Source: Meiothermus sp.
Lineage (GTDB): Bacteria > Deinococcota > Deinococci > Deinococcales > Thermaceae
DNA: 64,000 nt
Assembly: GCF_025056915.1 (NCBI RefSeq)
Contig: NZ_JANWVH010000002.1
Location: 1,024 to 65,023, forward strand
Reading direction: 5' to 3'
In this document: positions 48,229 through 64,000 of the stretch, in pieces
Position numbering within the stretch: the first letter of the stretch is position 1
How the letters are laid out: every line of letters begins with the position of its first letter
The notes under the pieces: generated by a model
The model's database searches: none
What the model was told of the DNA's origin: nothing
What the model saw: the letters and a program-made list of their open reading frames with translations, nothing else
Program-made: the position numbers and the translations under genes

Positions 48229-48903
48229 ATGCCGCGTGGGAATCTGTTTGTTATGACCGGAGCTTCGGGGGTGGGCAAAGGCACCATCCGCGGGAGGCTC
48301 CTGGAATATCACCGCATGTACTACTCCATTTCGATGACCACCCGGCCCCCCAGGGTGGGGGAGCGTCATGGGGTGGACTATTACTTCGTCAGCAAGGCCG
48401 AGTTTGAAAGCAAAATCGCTCAAAACGGCTTCCTCGAGTGGGCCCAATACGTGGACGATTACTACGGCACCCCGCGCGAGCCGGTGGAGGAAGCCCTGGC
48501 CAACGGACGGGATGTCATCCTCGAAATCGAAGTGCAGGGTGCCTTGCAGGTCAAGCAGGCCATGCCCGATGCAATCCTGGTCTTCATCATCCCCCCCTCC
48601 CTTTCGGAGCTGCGCCGAAGGCTCTTGGTGCGGGGAACCGACAGCCTGGCCAAGATTCATAAACGGCTCAAGCGGGCCGAAGAAGAGATTCGCATGGCCG
48701 ACCAGTTCAAATACGTGCTGGTCAACGACCAGCTCGACAAGGCCGTCTCTGATTTTGCCGCCATCATTCAGGCCGAGCGGCTGCTGCAACCGCGTATGGG
48801 CGAGGCACTGGCCCAAGCCCTCTCCAAAGACCCCGTGCTGGAACGCGAACTCGATGAGCTGGAACGCAGGCGGCTCGAGGCCGGCGAGCAGAAAGGCAAG
48901 TAA
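48229..48903 (+). CDS. gmk: Guanylate kinase
   Basis: [45 protein letters not shown]. Confidence 0.97.
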   Translation: MPRGNLFVMTGASGVGKGTIRGRLLEYHRMYYSISMTTRPPRVGERHGVDYYFVSKAEFESKIAQNGFLEWAQYVDDYYGTPREPVEEALANGRDVILEIEVQGALQVKQAMPDAILVFIIPPSLSELRRRLLVRGTDSLAKIHKRLKRAEEEIRMADQFKYVLVNDQLDKAVSDFAAIIQAERLLQPRMGEALAQALSKDPVLERELDELERRRLEAGEQKGK

Positions 48904-48955
48904 ACATTTTTCACACTCTGATGTACAATCGGAGCTTAGTTGCAGAGGTAGACCT

Positions 48956-49264
48956 ATGGCAGAACCTGGCATTGACAACCTCTTGGCCCTAACCGACTCC
49001 AAATACCGTCTGACAGTGGTCACGGCGAAGCGAGCCCAGCAGCTTCTGCGTTATGACTTCAAGAATACCGTGCTGAGCAACGACGAAATACCCCGCATGC
49101 GCACTTTGGAGGGCGAGAAACCCGATCCCAACGCGGTCACCTGGGCCATGCAAGAGCTCCAGACCCGGCGTCTTCAGATTGGCGAAAACCTGATGGCCGA
49201 GGATCGCCTGACCAAGCTCCTCGACCAGATGTACCCCCGCGAGGTGATCGAACCTTCGGACTGA
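48956..49264 (+). CDS. rpoZ: RNA polymerase omega subunit
   Basis: [30 protein letters not shown] (Thermus-type omega); follows gmk. Confidence 0.95.
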   Translation: MAEPGIDNLLALTDSKYRLTVVTAKRAQQLLRYDFKNTVLSNDEIPRMRTLEGEKPDPNAVTWAMQELQTRRLQIGENLMAEDRLTKLLDQMYPREVIEPSD

Positions 49265-49446
49265 ACCTGCCGAGACCAGACGGCGCATAAGCCCGCATCT
49301 TCATGCAGGGGTCGAGCGGGCCAGAAGGGTGGCCACCCACCCGTTCACATCGCGCATTTACGCTGGGAAGCCGTCTGTTTCCAGCCGTATAACAATAGCC
49401 CGGCGCCCTGTATAATCCCGAATTGGGACCGGGAGAAAAAGAGGCT

Positions 49447-49929
49447 ATGGCAAGTAAAGAACAGCGGCATCGAGCCATCCAGGAAATCATCAGCCGGGAG
49501 AGCATATCCACCCAGGCCGAGCTGGTAGAACGGCTGCGCAAGCTGAACTACGAGGTGACCCAGGCCACCGTGAGCCGCGACATCAACGAAATGCGCCTGG
49601 TGCGGGTTCCACTGGGGCGGGGCAAACACAAGTATGCCCTGGCCCAGCTCAACCTGGCCGAAGATGTCATGGAAGAGCTGCGGCGTATTTTCCCGACCTT
49701 CGTGCGGGATGTAGACCGGGGTGAGAATATCCTAATGCTCAAAGTGTCCGAAGGCCACGCCTCGGGCATCGCCTTGCTGATTGACCGCCTGCGCCGGGAC
49801 GATATTGTGGGCACCATCGCCGGGGAGGATTCGATTTTGGTGGTGGGCCGCACGGTTCGGGATGCAGAAGCCTTGCAGGAGGAATTCGAAGAAATGCTAT
49901 TCCCCGCAACCGAGCGACCTAGCCGGTAA
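49447..49929 (+). CDS. argR: Arginine repressor
   Basis: [24 protein letters not shown]; GAGG RBS before ATG 49447 and TATAAT at 49411-49416. Confidence 0.93.
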   Translation: MASKEQRHRAIQEIISRESISTQAELVERLRKLNYEVTQATVSRDINEMRLVRVPLGRGKHKYALAQLNLAEDVMEELRRIFPTFVRDVDRGENILMLKVSEGHASGIALLIDRLRRDDIVGTIAGEDSILVVGRTVRDAEALQEEFEEMLFPATERPSR

Positions 49930-49961
49930 CTCCACCCCTTGCACCCCTTCCTTGAATCGCC

Positions 49962-50582
49962 ATGGTTGAATTTGCCCTGCAGGCCTTCCTTACCCTATTT
50001 GTGCTGATTGATCCCATCGGCCTGATTCCGCTTTTTCTGGCCCTGGTCGGTAGCCGCAGCTACCAGGAGCAAAAACGCATTGCGCTCCGGTCTACCCTGG
50101 TGGCGGGCCTCCTGGTGCTGGCCTTTGCCCTGCTGGGCGGAATGATATTGCGCTACCTGGGCATCAGCCTCGAGGCCCTGAAAGTGGCCGGCGGATTGCT
50201 GCTCTTCAAGATTGCCCTGGACATGATCAACGCCCAGCTCGAGCGCGAAACCGACGAAGAGCATGCCGAGTCGCAGACCCGGGCCGACATTTCGGTCTTT
50301 CCCCTGGCCATTCCCCTGATTGCCGGGCCGGGCACCCTGGCCGGGGTGCTGATTCTGGCCGGAACCGCCCCCCAGGGCGTTGGTGGGTTCGTGTTGGTGC
50401 TGGCCATGGCAGCACTGGTGCTCTTTATCACCTACTGGTCGCTCAGGGCCGCCCTGAAATTCTCGAGCTCGCTGGGCCGCACCGGTATCAATGTGATCAC
50501 GCGGGTTCTGGGCATTTTGCTGGCCGCGCTGGCGGTGCAGTATGTGGCCGATGGGGTGCGTGTACTGCTAAAGCTCGAGTGA
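49962..50582 (+). CDS. MarC family membrane protein
   Basis: [51 protein letters not shown]. Confidence 0.93.
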   Translation: MVEFALQAFLTLFVLIDPIGLIPLFLALVGSRSYQEQKRIALRSTLVAGLLVLAFALLGGMILRYLGISLEALKVAGGLLLFKIALDMINAQLERETDEEHAESQTRADISVFPLAIPLIAGPGTLAGVLILAGTAPQGVGGFVLVLAMAALVLFITYWSLRAALKFSSSLGRTGINVITRVLGILLAALAVQYVADGVRVLLKLE

Positions 50583-51914
50583 GTTGCGCACCCGGCGCTT
50601 GTCCACGTACATGGCCTGGTCGGCCTGGCTGAGGGCAGCCGACAAATCCTGCAGGGCGGAGACTGCCACCGCTCCGGCGCTCACCTCCACGTGGATGGCC
50701 GAGCGCACCCGCCGAACCATCTCCGGCACATCGGCAAGGTGCAGCCCCAGATGCAGGCTCACAAACTCGTCGCCCCCAATACGAAAAATCTGGTCTTCCT
50801 GACGGAAAACGCTGCGAAGGGTGGTGGCTAGAATCTTGAGGGCCTGATCGCCTGCGGCATGTCCGTACTGGTCGTTGATCCGCTTGAGGCCGTCCATATC
50901 CCAGTAAATCAGGGTCAGGGGCATATCCAGGCGTTCGGCCTGGGCCTTTACTTTGGGAAAGTTCTCTTCCAGGGCGTGGCGGTTGCCCAGTCCGGTGAGC
51001 GCGTCGCTCAGGGCCCGCTCGGACAGGTTCCGGCGCGTAAGCAAGCCGTACAGCACCGTGGCGGCTTGCAAGGCAAAGGTCTGGGCAATCACCAGGCTTT
51101 CGGATCCAAAAGCCTCGGTAGAGCTGAGCGAGTCCAGGTTCAGGGTGCCCATGACCCGGCCCTGCAGAACAATAGGAACCGTGATGGTGGCTTTTAGTTC
51201 CTGGAGCTTTCCGGCCTGCTCAAACAATTCGAGCTCGTGGGAGATGTATTGCTGTGTTCGCTCCTGGATGTGGGGGGCCACCAGCAGCCGGGGCTTGCCC
51301 AGCAGCCAGGCCTCTTCTCCAAGTCCGTACCAGGCCAGTTCGTGGTTGTAGCTCAGAGCATGCCGGGTCAGCTCCTCAGCAAAGCCAATCTGGGCCACAA
51401 AGCGAAACTCGCCCTGTTCCAGCAAGGTCAGGCTCCCGGCCTCGGCCCCTGGAACCACCGCAACCGCGGTTTGCAGCACCCGCATGAAGAGGGCCTCGAG
51501 CTTTTCTTCCTGGGTCAGCAGGCTGGAAAGCACCTCGAGGGAAGAGTGGTAGGCCAGGGCCTGGTTGTACTCACGGGTCACCTCGTTCAGGATGCATAGT
51601 TGGCCGTTTTTGAACGGGGCCTGGGTCACCTGAAACCAGCGCCATCGCTTGCCGGCAAGGCCGACCAGATTGCGCTGAGGGTGGCCCTGCCACCAACCGG
51701 CGTTGATTAGCTCTTGCAGGCGTGACTCGTTCACCGCCGGTTGGAACCAGTCTTCCAGCCGCCTGCCAAGCGGCTTGGGGTCGGGAAAGAGGGCGGCGGC
51801 TGCCGGGTTGTACCAGGCCATCTGCCCCTTTTCATCCAGCCACACCACCGCCTCCGGCAGGTGCTTAAGCCAGGTCAGGGTTTCTGGCTCGAGAGGAGGA
51901 GCAGTCGCATCCAT
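50568..51914 (-). CDS. PAS-GAF-GGDEF diguanylate cyclase
   Basis: PAS-like N-terminus, GAF (VPIVLQGRVMGTLNLD), DALTGLGNR, DMDGLKRINDQYGH, RQED I-site plus FRIGGDEF. Confidence 0.9.
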   Translation of the reverse strand: MDATAPPLEPETLTWLKHLPEAVVWLDEKGQMAWYNPAAAALFPDPKPLGRRLEDWFQPAVNESRLQELINAGWWQGHPQRNLVGLAGKRWRWFQVTQAPFKNGQLCILNEVTREYNQALAYHSSLEVLSSLLTQEEKLEALFMRVLQTAVAVVPGAEAGSLTLLEQGEFRFVAQIGFAEELTRHALSYNHELAWYGLGEEAWLLGKPRLLVAPHIQERTQQYISHELELFEQAGKLQELKATITVPIVLQGRVMGTLNLDSLSSTEAFGSESLVIAQTFALQAATVLYGLLTRRNLSERALSDALTGLGNRHALEENFPKVKAQAERLDMPLTLIYWDMDGLKRINDQYGHAAGDQALKILATTLRSVFRQEDQIFRIGGDEFVSLHLGLHLADVPEMVRRVRSAIHVEVSAGAVAVSALQDLSAALSQADQAMYVDKRRVRNSLEL

Positions 51915-51985
51915 AGGCGAACGAACTCGAAAATATTAACTCAGTGTATGGGCGCCCTTTCCTCTATGCAATGGGCTTTAACGGG

Positions 51986-53557
51986 TCACGTGACCGAACC
52001 CAACAAGAGTTCACGGGCATGCTCGAGGGCTGCTTCGGAGTAGCTACCCGAGAGCATACGGGCCAGCTCGCGCACCCGCTCTTCGTTTTCTACCCGCTCC
52101 ACCTGTACCGCCGGGCCGCTTTTGACCACCCGGTAGTGGGTTTTGGCCCTGGCCGCAATCTGCGGAAGATGGGTGACCACCAGCACCTGGCGGTGCTCGG
52201 CCAGACGGGCCAACCGCTCGGCCACCTGCCAGGCCGCCTCGCCCCCAACCCCCGCATCAATCTCGTCGAAAACCACCGTATCGGCCTCGGAGCCGGTGAG
52301 CAAGGCCAGCGCCAGCATCACCCTGGAAAGCTCGCCGCCCGAGGCGGCTTTCTCGAGGGGCGCTTGACCCAGGCCGGGGTTGGCCGAAAACAACAACTGG
52401 ACTTCCTCCAGCCCCTCGGGGCCAGGTTTTTCCAGCGGTAGCAGCGCTACCTGGAAGCGGGCAGCGGGCATCCCCAGGGCGCGAATCTCTTCGCTGGCCT
52501 TTCTGGAAAGCCGATCGGCGGCCTGAGCCCGGGCCTCGCTAAGCCGCTTGCCTGCGGCCAGCAGGGCGTTCCAGGCCGTTTCTTTTTGGGCGTGGAGCTC
52601 GGCCAAGCGATCCTCGGCGCCCTCGAGCTCGGCCAGCTCGCGCCGCGCGGCCTCGGCAAAGGCCAGAATCGCCGGGATGCCCTCGCCGTACTTGCGCCCC
52701 AGCTTCTCAATCAGGGCCAGCCGGGCCTCGACTTCATCGAGGCGGTGGGGGTCGGCCTCGAGGCCCTCCAGATAGTCCTCCAGTTCACGGCTGACCGCCC
52801 GCAGGCCATCCAGGGCGCTCTCGAGGTCCCGGCCCAGGGGCTCCAGCTGCGCATCGTGGCGCCCCGCCGCTTTCACCTCCCGCGAGGCCAGCGTGACCAG
52901 CCCCAGGGCGTCGCCATCTCCGCTGAGGGCCGCAATGGCGGCTGAAACCCGCTCGCGTAGGGTCTCGAGGTGGCGCAGGCGCTCGGCCTCCTGCAGGAGC
53001 TGCTCGTCCTCCCCGACCTCCAGTCGGGCCTGGTCTATTTCGCTGGTTTGAAAGCGCAGAATATCCAGCTTGCGCTCGCGTTCGCGGGCGGCGGCCTCGA
53101 GGCGTTCGGTCTCGCTCAGGATGGCCTGATAATGGGCGTAAGCCTGCTGATACTGCTCCAGCAAGCCCGTCTCCAGCTGCGAATCGAGCAGCCTGCGCTG
53201 GGCCTTGCGGCTGAACAGGGCCAGGGCAGCGTGCTGGGCATGGATGGTGAGGTGCTGCGCGGCCTCCTCGCTGAGTTCTTTGAGGCTCACCACCTCGCCC
53301 TCAATGCGTGGGGTGCTGCGCCCCTGAGAAACCTTGCGCGACAGGCTCTTGCCATCAAAGAAAGCTGTAACCAGCAGGGTGTCGGCCCCGGGCCGCATCA
53401 GGCCCTCGGCCTTCTCGCCCAGCAGCAACGACAAAGCATCCACCAGCACGCTCTTGCCTGCGCCGGTTTCACCCGTGAGCACCGTCAGGCCGGGGCCAAA
53501 CTCGAGCGCCACCCGCTCCAGCACCGCCAGGTTTTGCACCTCGAGGCGTTCCAGCAT
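51986..53557 (-). CDS. recN: DNA repair protein RecN
   Basis: LTGETGAGKS, coiled coil, FSANPG, ASGGELSR, FDEIDAGVGG, VTHLPQIAA. Confidence 0.97.
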   Translation of the reverse strand: MLERLEVQNLAVLERVALEFGPGLTVLTGETGAGKSVLVDALSLLLGEKAEGLMRPGADTLLVTAFFDGKSLSRKVSQGRSTPRIEGEVVSLKELSEEAAQHLTIHAQHAALALFSRKAQRRLLDSQLETGLLEQYQQAYAHYQAILSETERLEAAARERERKLDILRFQTSEIDQARLEVGEDEQLLQEAERLRHLETLRERVSAAIAALSGDGDALGLVTLASREVKAAGRHDAQLEPLGRDLESALDGLRAVSRELEDYLEGLEADPHRLDEVEARLALIEKLGRKYGEGIPAILAFAEAARRELAELEGAEDRLAELHAQKETAWNALLAAGKRLSEARAQAADRLSRKASEEIRALGMPAARFQVALLPLEKPGPEGLEEVQLLFSANPGLGQAPLEKAASGGELSRVMLALALLTGSEADTVVFDEIDAGVGGEAAWQVAERLARLAEHRQVLVVTHLPQIAARAKTHYRVVKSGPAVQVERVENEERVRELARMLSGSYSEAALEHARELLLGSVT

Positions 53558-53680
53558 ACTCCTAGATTAGGGTATCACAATCATTTTGTTGGCAACAGAA
53601 TGCAGGGTGATTGGGCACCCAGCCGGTTCACCAAAGGCAGGGGTTGCAGGCCGAATGTTTCCTGATAACCAAGACGAATT

Positions 53681-53719
53681 CTCGTTTTTCGTGGGCGGCC
53701 ACGTCTTTGAAGAGCGCGA
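53681..53719 (-). repeat. 5'-terminal fragment of MITE-like repeat family 1
   Basis: ctcgtttttcgtgggcggccacgtctttgaagagcgcga followed by TA. Confidence 0.72.
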
Positions 53720-53880
53720 TATAGGGGGAGACACCCGACCAACCTCCGCTCAGGCTCACCTTGTGGGCCCTGCAAAGTCGCTTGTGCGCCCGAAGTTGGT
53801 ATCGAAACTGGGTTTGGTAGAGGCTCGCTTTACAAACCCCGTTCGCGCCGAACCCGTTGCCGGCTTCCAGCCAGGATTGT

Positions 53881-54750
53881 TTAGAGGTTATGCAGTGCGC
53901 TCTGGAGGGCCTCCGCAAAAGCATAGGGCTGGTCAATCCAGGGGTAATGCCCGGCCCCCTCGATTAGTTCGAGCTGCCCACCGACCAGGTCGGTGATGGT
54001 CTGGGCTTCGGGGTAGCTGGTTCCATCGAGTGAGCCCAGCAGAACGGTGGTGGGGGTGTGAACCTCGAGCAGAAACGGGGTATAGTCCAGTCGCCACAAC
54101 CCGTTCAGCACAAACATCCGCCCCGGCGTGTCGGCCCCGACAATGTTCAGACCCTCGGCCACCCATTCGTACTCCATGCGGCTATGCTGGCTGGGAAACA
54201 TGAGCCTGTCGAACGCCGCTTTGGGCTCCACGTGGGCAAAGGCTTCCTGCAACAGACGAACGCCATCCTCCGGCACCTTTGGCTCGTCCGCCTGGTCTGC
54301 CAGGCCCCGCAGCCCCAGCGAGGCCCGGTAAAGCTGAGTGGCCAGCCAGGGAAAATTGGTCCAGGGGTTGATCAGCACCAATCGCTCGGCAGTCTGGGGG
54401 AATCGGCGGGCATAGTCCAGGGCCAGCAACCCCCCAAAGCCGTGGCCCAGCAAACACCAGGTATCGAGGCCCAGGTGATCGCGCAGGTGGGACAAATCGC
54501 CAACCAGGGCATCTATGGTAAAGAGGCCGGGCTCCTCCGGCAGCGCGGGGCTGCGCCCCCCACCCCGCTGGTCGAGGTAAAGCACCCGGAAGCCGTCCAG
54601 GTATTCTTCCAGCCCTTCCCGCAGGGCATAGCTACTGCCCCCTGGCCCCCCGTGCAACACCACAATGGCCGGGGCCTCGAGGGGGCCGGTGTCCTCGAGG
54701 TACACCTCGACGCCGTCCGCCACCGCAATCAAGTCTATTTCTTCACGCAT
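53881..54750 (-). CDS. Alpha/beta-hydrolase fold, proline-iminopeptidase-related, nucleophile Ser replaced by Gly
   Basis: HGGPGG, YLDQRGGGRS, LLGHGFGG, GAGHYPW. Confidence 0.85.
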   Translation of the reverse strand: MREEIDLIAVADGVEVYLEDTGPLEAPAIVVLHGGPGGSSYALREGLEEYLDGFRVLYLDQRGGGRSPALPEEPGLFTIDALVGDLSHLRDHLGLDTWCLLGHGFGGLLALDYARRFPQTAERLVLINPWTNFPWLATQLYRASLGLRGLADQADEPKVPEDGVRLLQEAFAHVEPKAAFDRLMFPSQHSRMEYEWVAEGLNIVGADTPGRMFVLNGLWRLDYTPFLLEVHTPTTVLLGSLDGTSYPEAQTITDLVGGQLELIEGAGHYPWIDQPYAFAEALQSALHNL

Positions 54751-54786
54751 AAGGTTCCTTGTCGGCCAAAAGCTCAAAGCGGGGCC

Positions 54787-55008
54787 CTAGCCGGATTGCC
54801 GGCTCCCCTCCTCCAGCAGCTCAAAACTCCAGCTACGAAACCCCTCCAGCTCCGAGGCCGCCTGCTCCATCTGGGCGGCATGGGCCCAGACCTCGAGCAG
54901 ATAGAGTTCCTGCTCCGCCCGGTAAAGCAGCCGATAGGGATGGGGAAACCGCCGGGCCAGCTGCCGCAGGGCTTCCAGGTTTCGACCCTCCACAAAGAGC
55001 ACCTTCAT
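54787..55008 (-). CDS. Small conserved-looking hypothetical protein (73 aa)
   Basis: MKVLFVEGRNLEALRQLARRF...YLLEVW...FRSWSFELL; lies co-directionally between the aldolase and the hydrolase. Confidence 0.6.
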   Translation of the reverse strand: MKVLFVEGRNLEALRQLARRFPHPYRLLYRAEQELYLLEVWAHAAQMEQAASELEGFRSWSFELLEEGSRQSG

Positions 55009-55137
55009 CGGCTTATACTTTATCTTCTGGTGCGGCGACAAGTCTTGAGCCAGGAATCGTCTCGGGTCAAGGTTGTGCGCCCAAACGTGGCCTGCCACAC
55101 TCGGGGACTCCCTTTCGCCCGCTTGTTTCGAGGAAGC

Positions 55138-55728
55138 TCAGCCGCTGTCTCCTCGCCACAGGCGTTCCAGGAATTTGACCTCACAGGCTTCCTCGAGGCT
55201 GGTCATCAGCGAATAGGCTTGTAAAAGCGCTTTTTCCGGAGCCTCTTGGGTGCCCTTGGTAAAAGCCCCATGGCCGCGCACCACACAGGCTTTGTGGCTT
55301 CGCAGGGCTTCGGCCACCGCGCGGGCGGCCTCTTCCGTGCCGGAGGTGGTGGGGGGGGCCACGACGGGAATCTGGTCGAAGTAGTAGCGCCCCTCGAGGT
55401 CAATGGGCAGAATGGCCCCTAAGTGAAACGAGAGCGCAATGGCGTGCCGGGGGTGTGCGTGAACAATTGCCGTGGCATCGGTCTCGCGGTAGACGGCACG
55501 GTGAATCACCCGCTCCACCGAGGCGCCCTGGTCGCGCTCGGGGTCGGGCTTCAGGGGCAGCCAGAGCAGGTCGTCCGGGGTCAGGTGGGCTTTCTGGACG
55601 CCCGAGCGGGTGATCCAGAGTCCCTCCCGTTCCCTCACCGAATAGTTGCCCGAGGTGGCCGAGGCCAACCCGGCGGCAAACAGGTCGGCTCCCACCTGTT
55701 GAAACGCGAGAAAGAGTCGGGCCTTCAT
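55138..55728 (-). CDS. Class II aldolase (fuculose-1-phosphate aldolase-like)
   Basis: SGNYS, ITRSG, ASVERVIHRAVY, IVHAHP, VRGHG. Confidence 0.85.
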   Translation of the reverse strand: MKARLFLAFQQVGADLFAAGLASATSGNYSVREREGLWITRSGVQKAHLTPDDLLWLPLKPDPERDQGASVERVIHRAVYRETDATAIVHAHPRHAIALSFHLGAILPIDLEGRYYFDQIPVVAPPTTSGTEEAARAVAEALRSHKACVVRGHGAFTKGTQEAPEKALLQAYSLMTSLEEACEVKFLERLWRGDSG

Positions 55729-56026
55729 GGGCGGGCTACTCTCCTGGCTTGAGCACCTTCCAGACTAAAGGCAGGGCGCAGGGGTCTGGGGGCAGGAAGC
55801 AAATCGTAGAAACCCACGACCCCCCGCTTCCTTCTGAGTTTGAGCAGGGGTCAGGGCGTAGGAGGCAGATGCTGGAGACCCACCACCCACCTCCGACCAC
55901 CCACTCCTCTATTTCATCGAAAGTTGCCTGTGGGCCCAAGGTTGGTAGCAGAGAGTTCAGGGCGCGACCCACAGGGCGCCCAGGGGCAAGGGCCATTGGC
56001 CTTAAGCCAGCGCCTCCAGCCCAGGG

Positions 56027-60610
<4,584 letters not shown>

Positions 60611-60690
60611 CGTTCACTCCGTGAACTTTTGTCTCGGGTCTCACAGGGGTCTCAGGCCAGTCGGTGGGGTTGTCTTGGCACGCCCAATCG

Positions 60691-63999
<3,309 letters not shown>

Positions 64000-64000
64000 C

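Noticed and set aside
49294-49307. ARG-box-like cGCATcttcATGCA upstream of argR
   Set aside because: Single, GC-interrupted match about 140 nt upstream of the start and upstream of the putative -10; too weak to call.
6191-53719. Repeated palindromic units as a CRISPR array
   Set aside because: The copies are dispersed and 100-190 bp long, with no regular repeat-spacer period and no cas genes.

Overview
GC-rich core-genome segment of a Deinococcus-Thermus bacterium, almost certainly a Meiothermus (inferred from protein similarity, the Thermus-type beta-prime insertion and the rpoB-rpoC neighbourhood). About 45 genes: housekeeping and metabolism (cobB, nnr, thrB, metH, purE/purK, icd, korAB, class II RNR nrdJ, lon, gmk-rpoZ, argR, recN, rpoC, 5'-truncated rpoB), an sbtA-sbtB bicarbonate transporter pair, three dispersed maltodextrin genes (malQ, an orphan malE, a GH13 enzyme), and two c-di-GMP signalling genes. 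I found no rRNA, tRNA, CRISPR array, prophage or transposase. The most notable non-coding signal is a TA-flanked, terminal-inverted-repeat, highly structured MITE-like family: 9 copies or fragments, including a repeated 102-bp deletion subfamily and two copies that supply gene stop codons. It nests with a second ~170-190 bp repeat family and a REP-like element. Other points: an in-frame amber stop in a class III aminotransferase, a Cys-less BrxC/AbxC homologue, a 6-PAS GGDEF-EAL gene splitting purE from purK, candidate LacI, HspR and NrdR operators, and eight probable leaderless genes.
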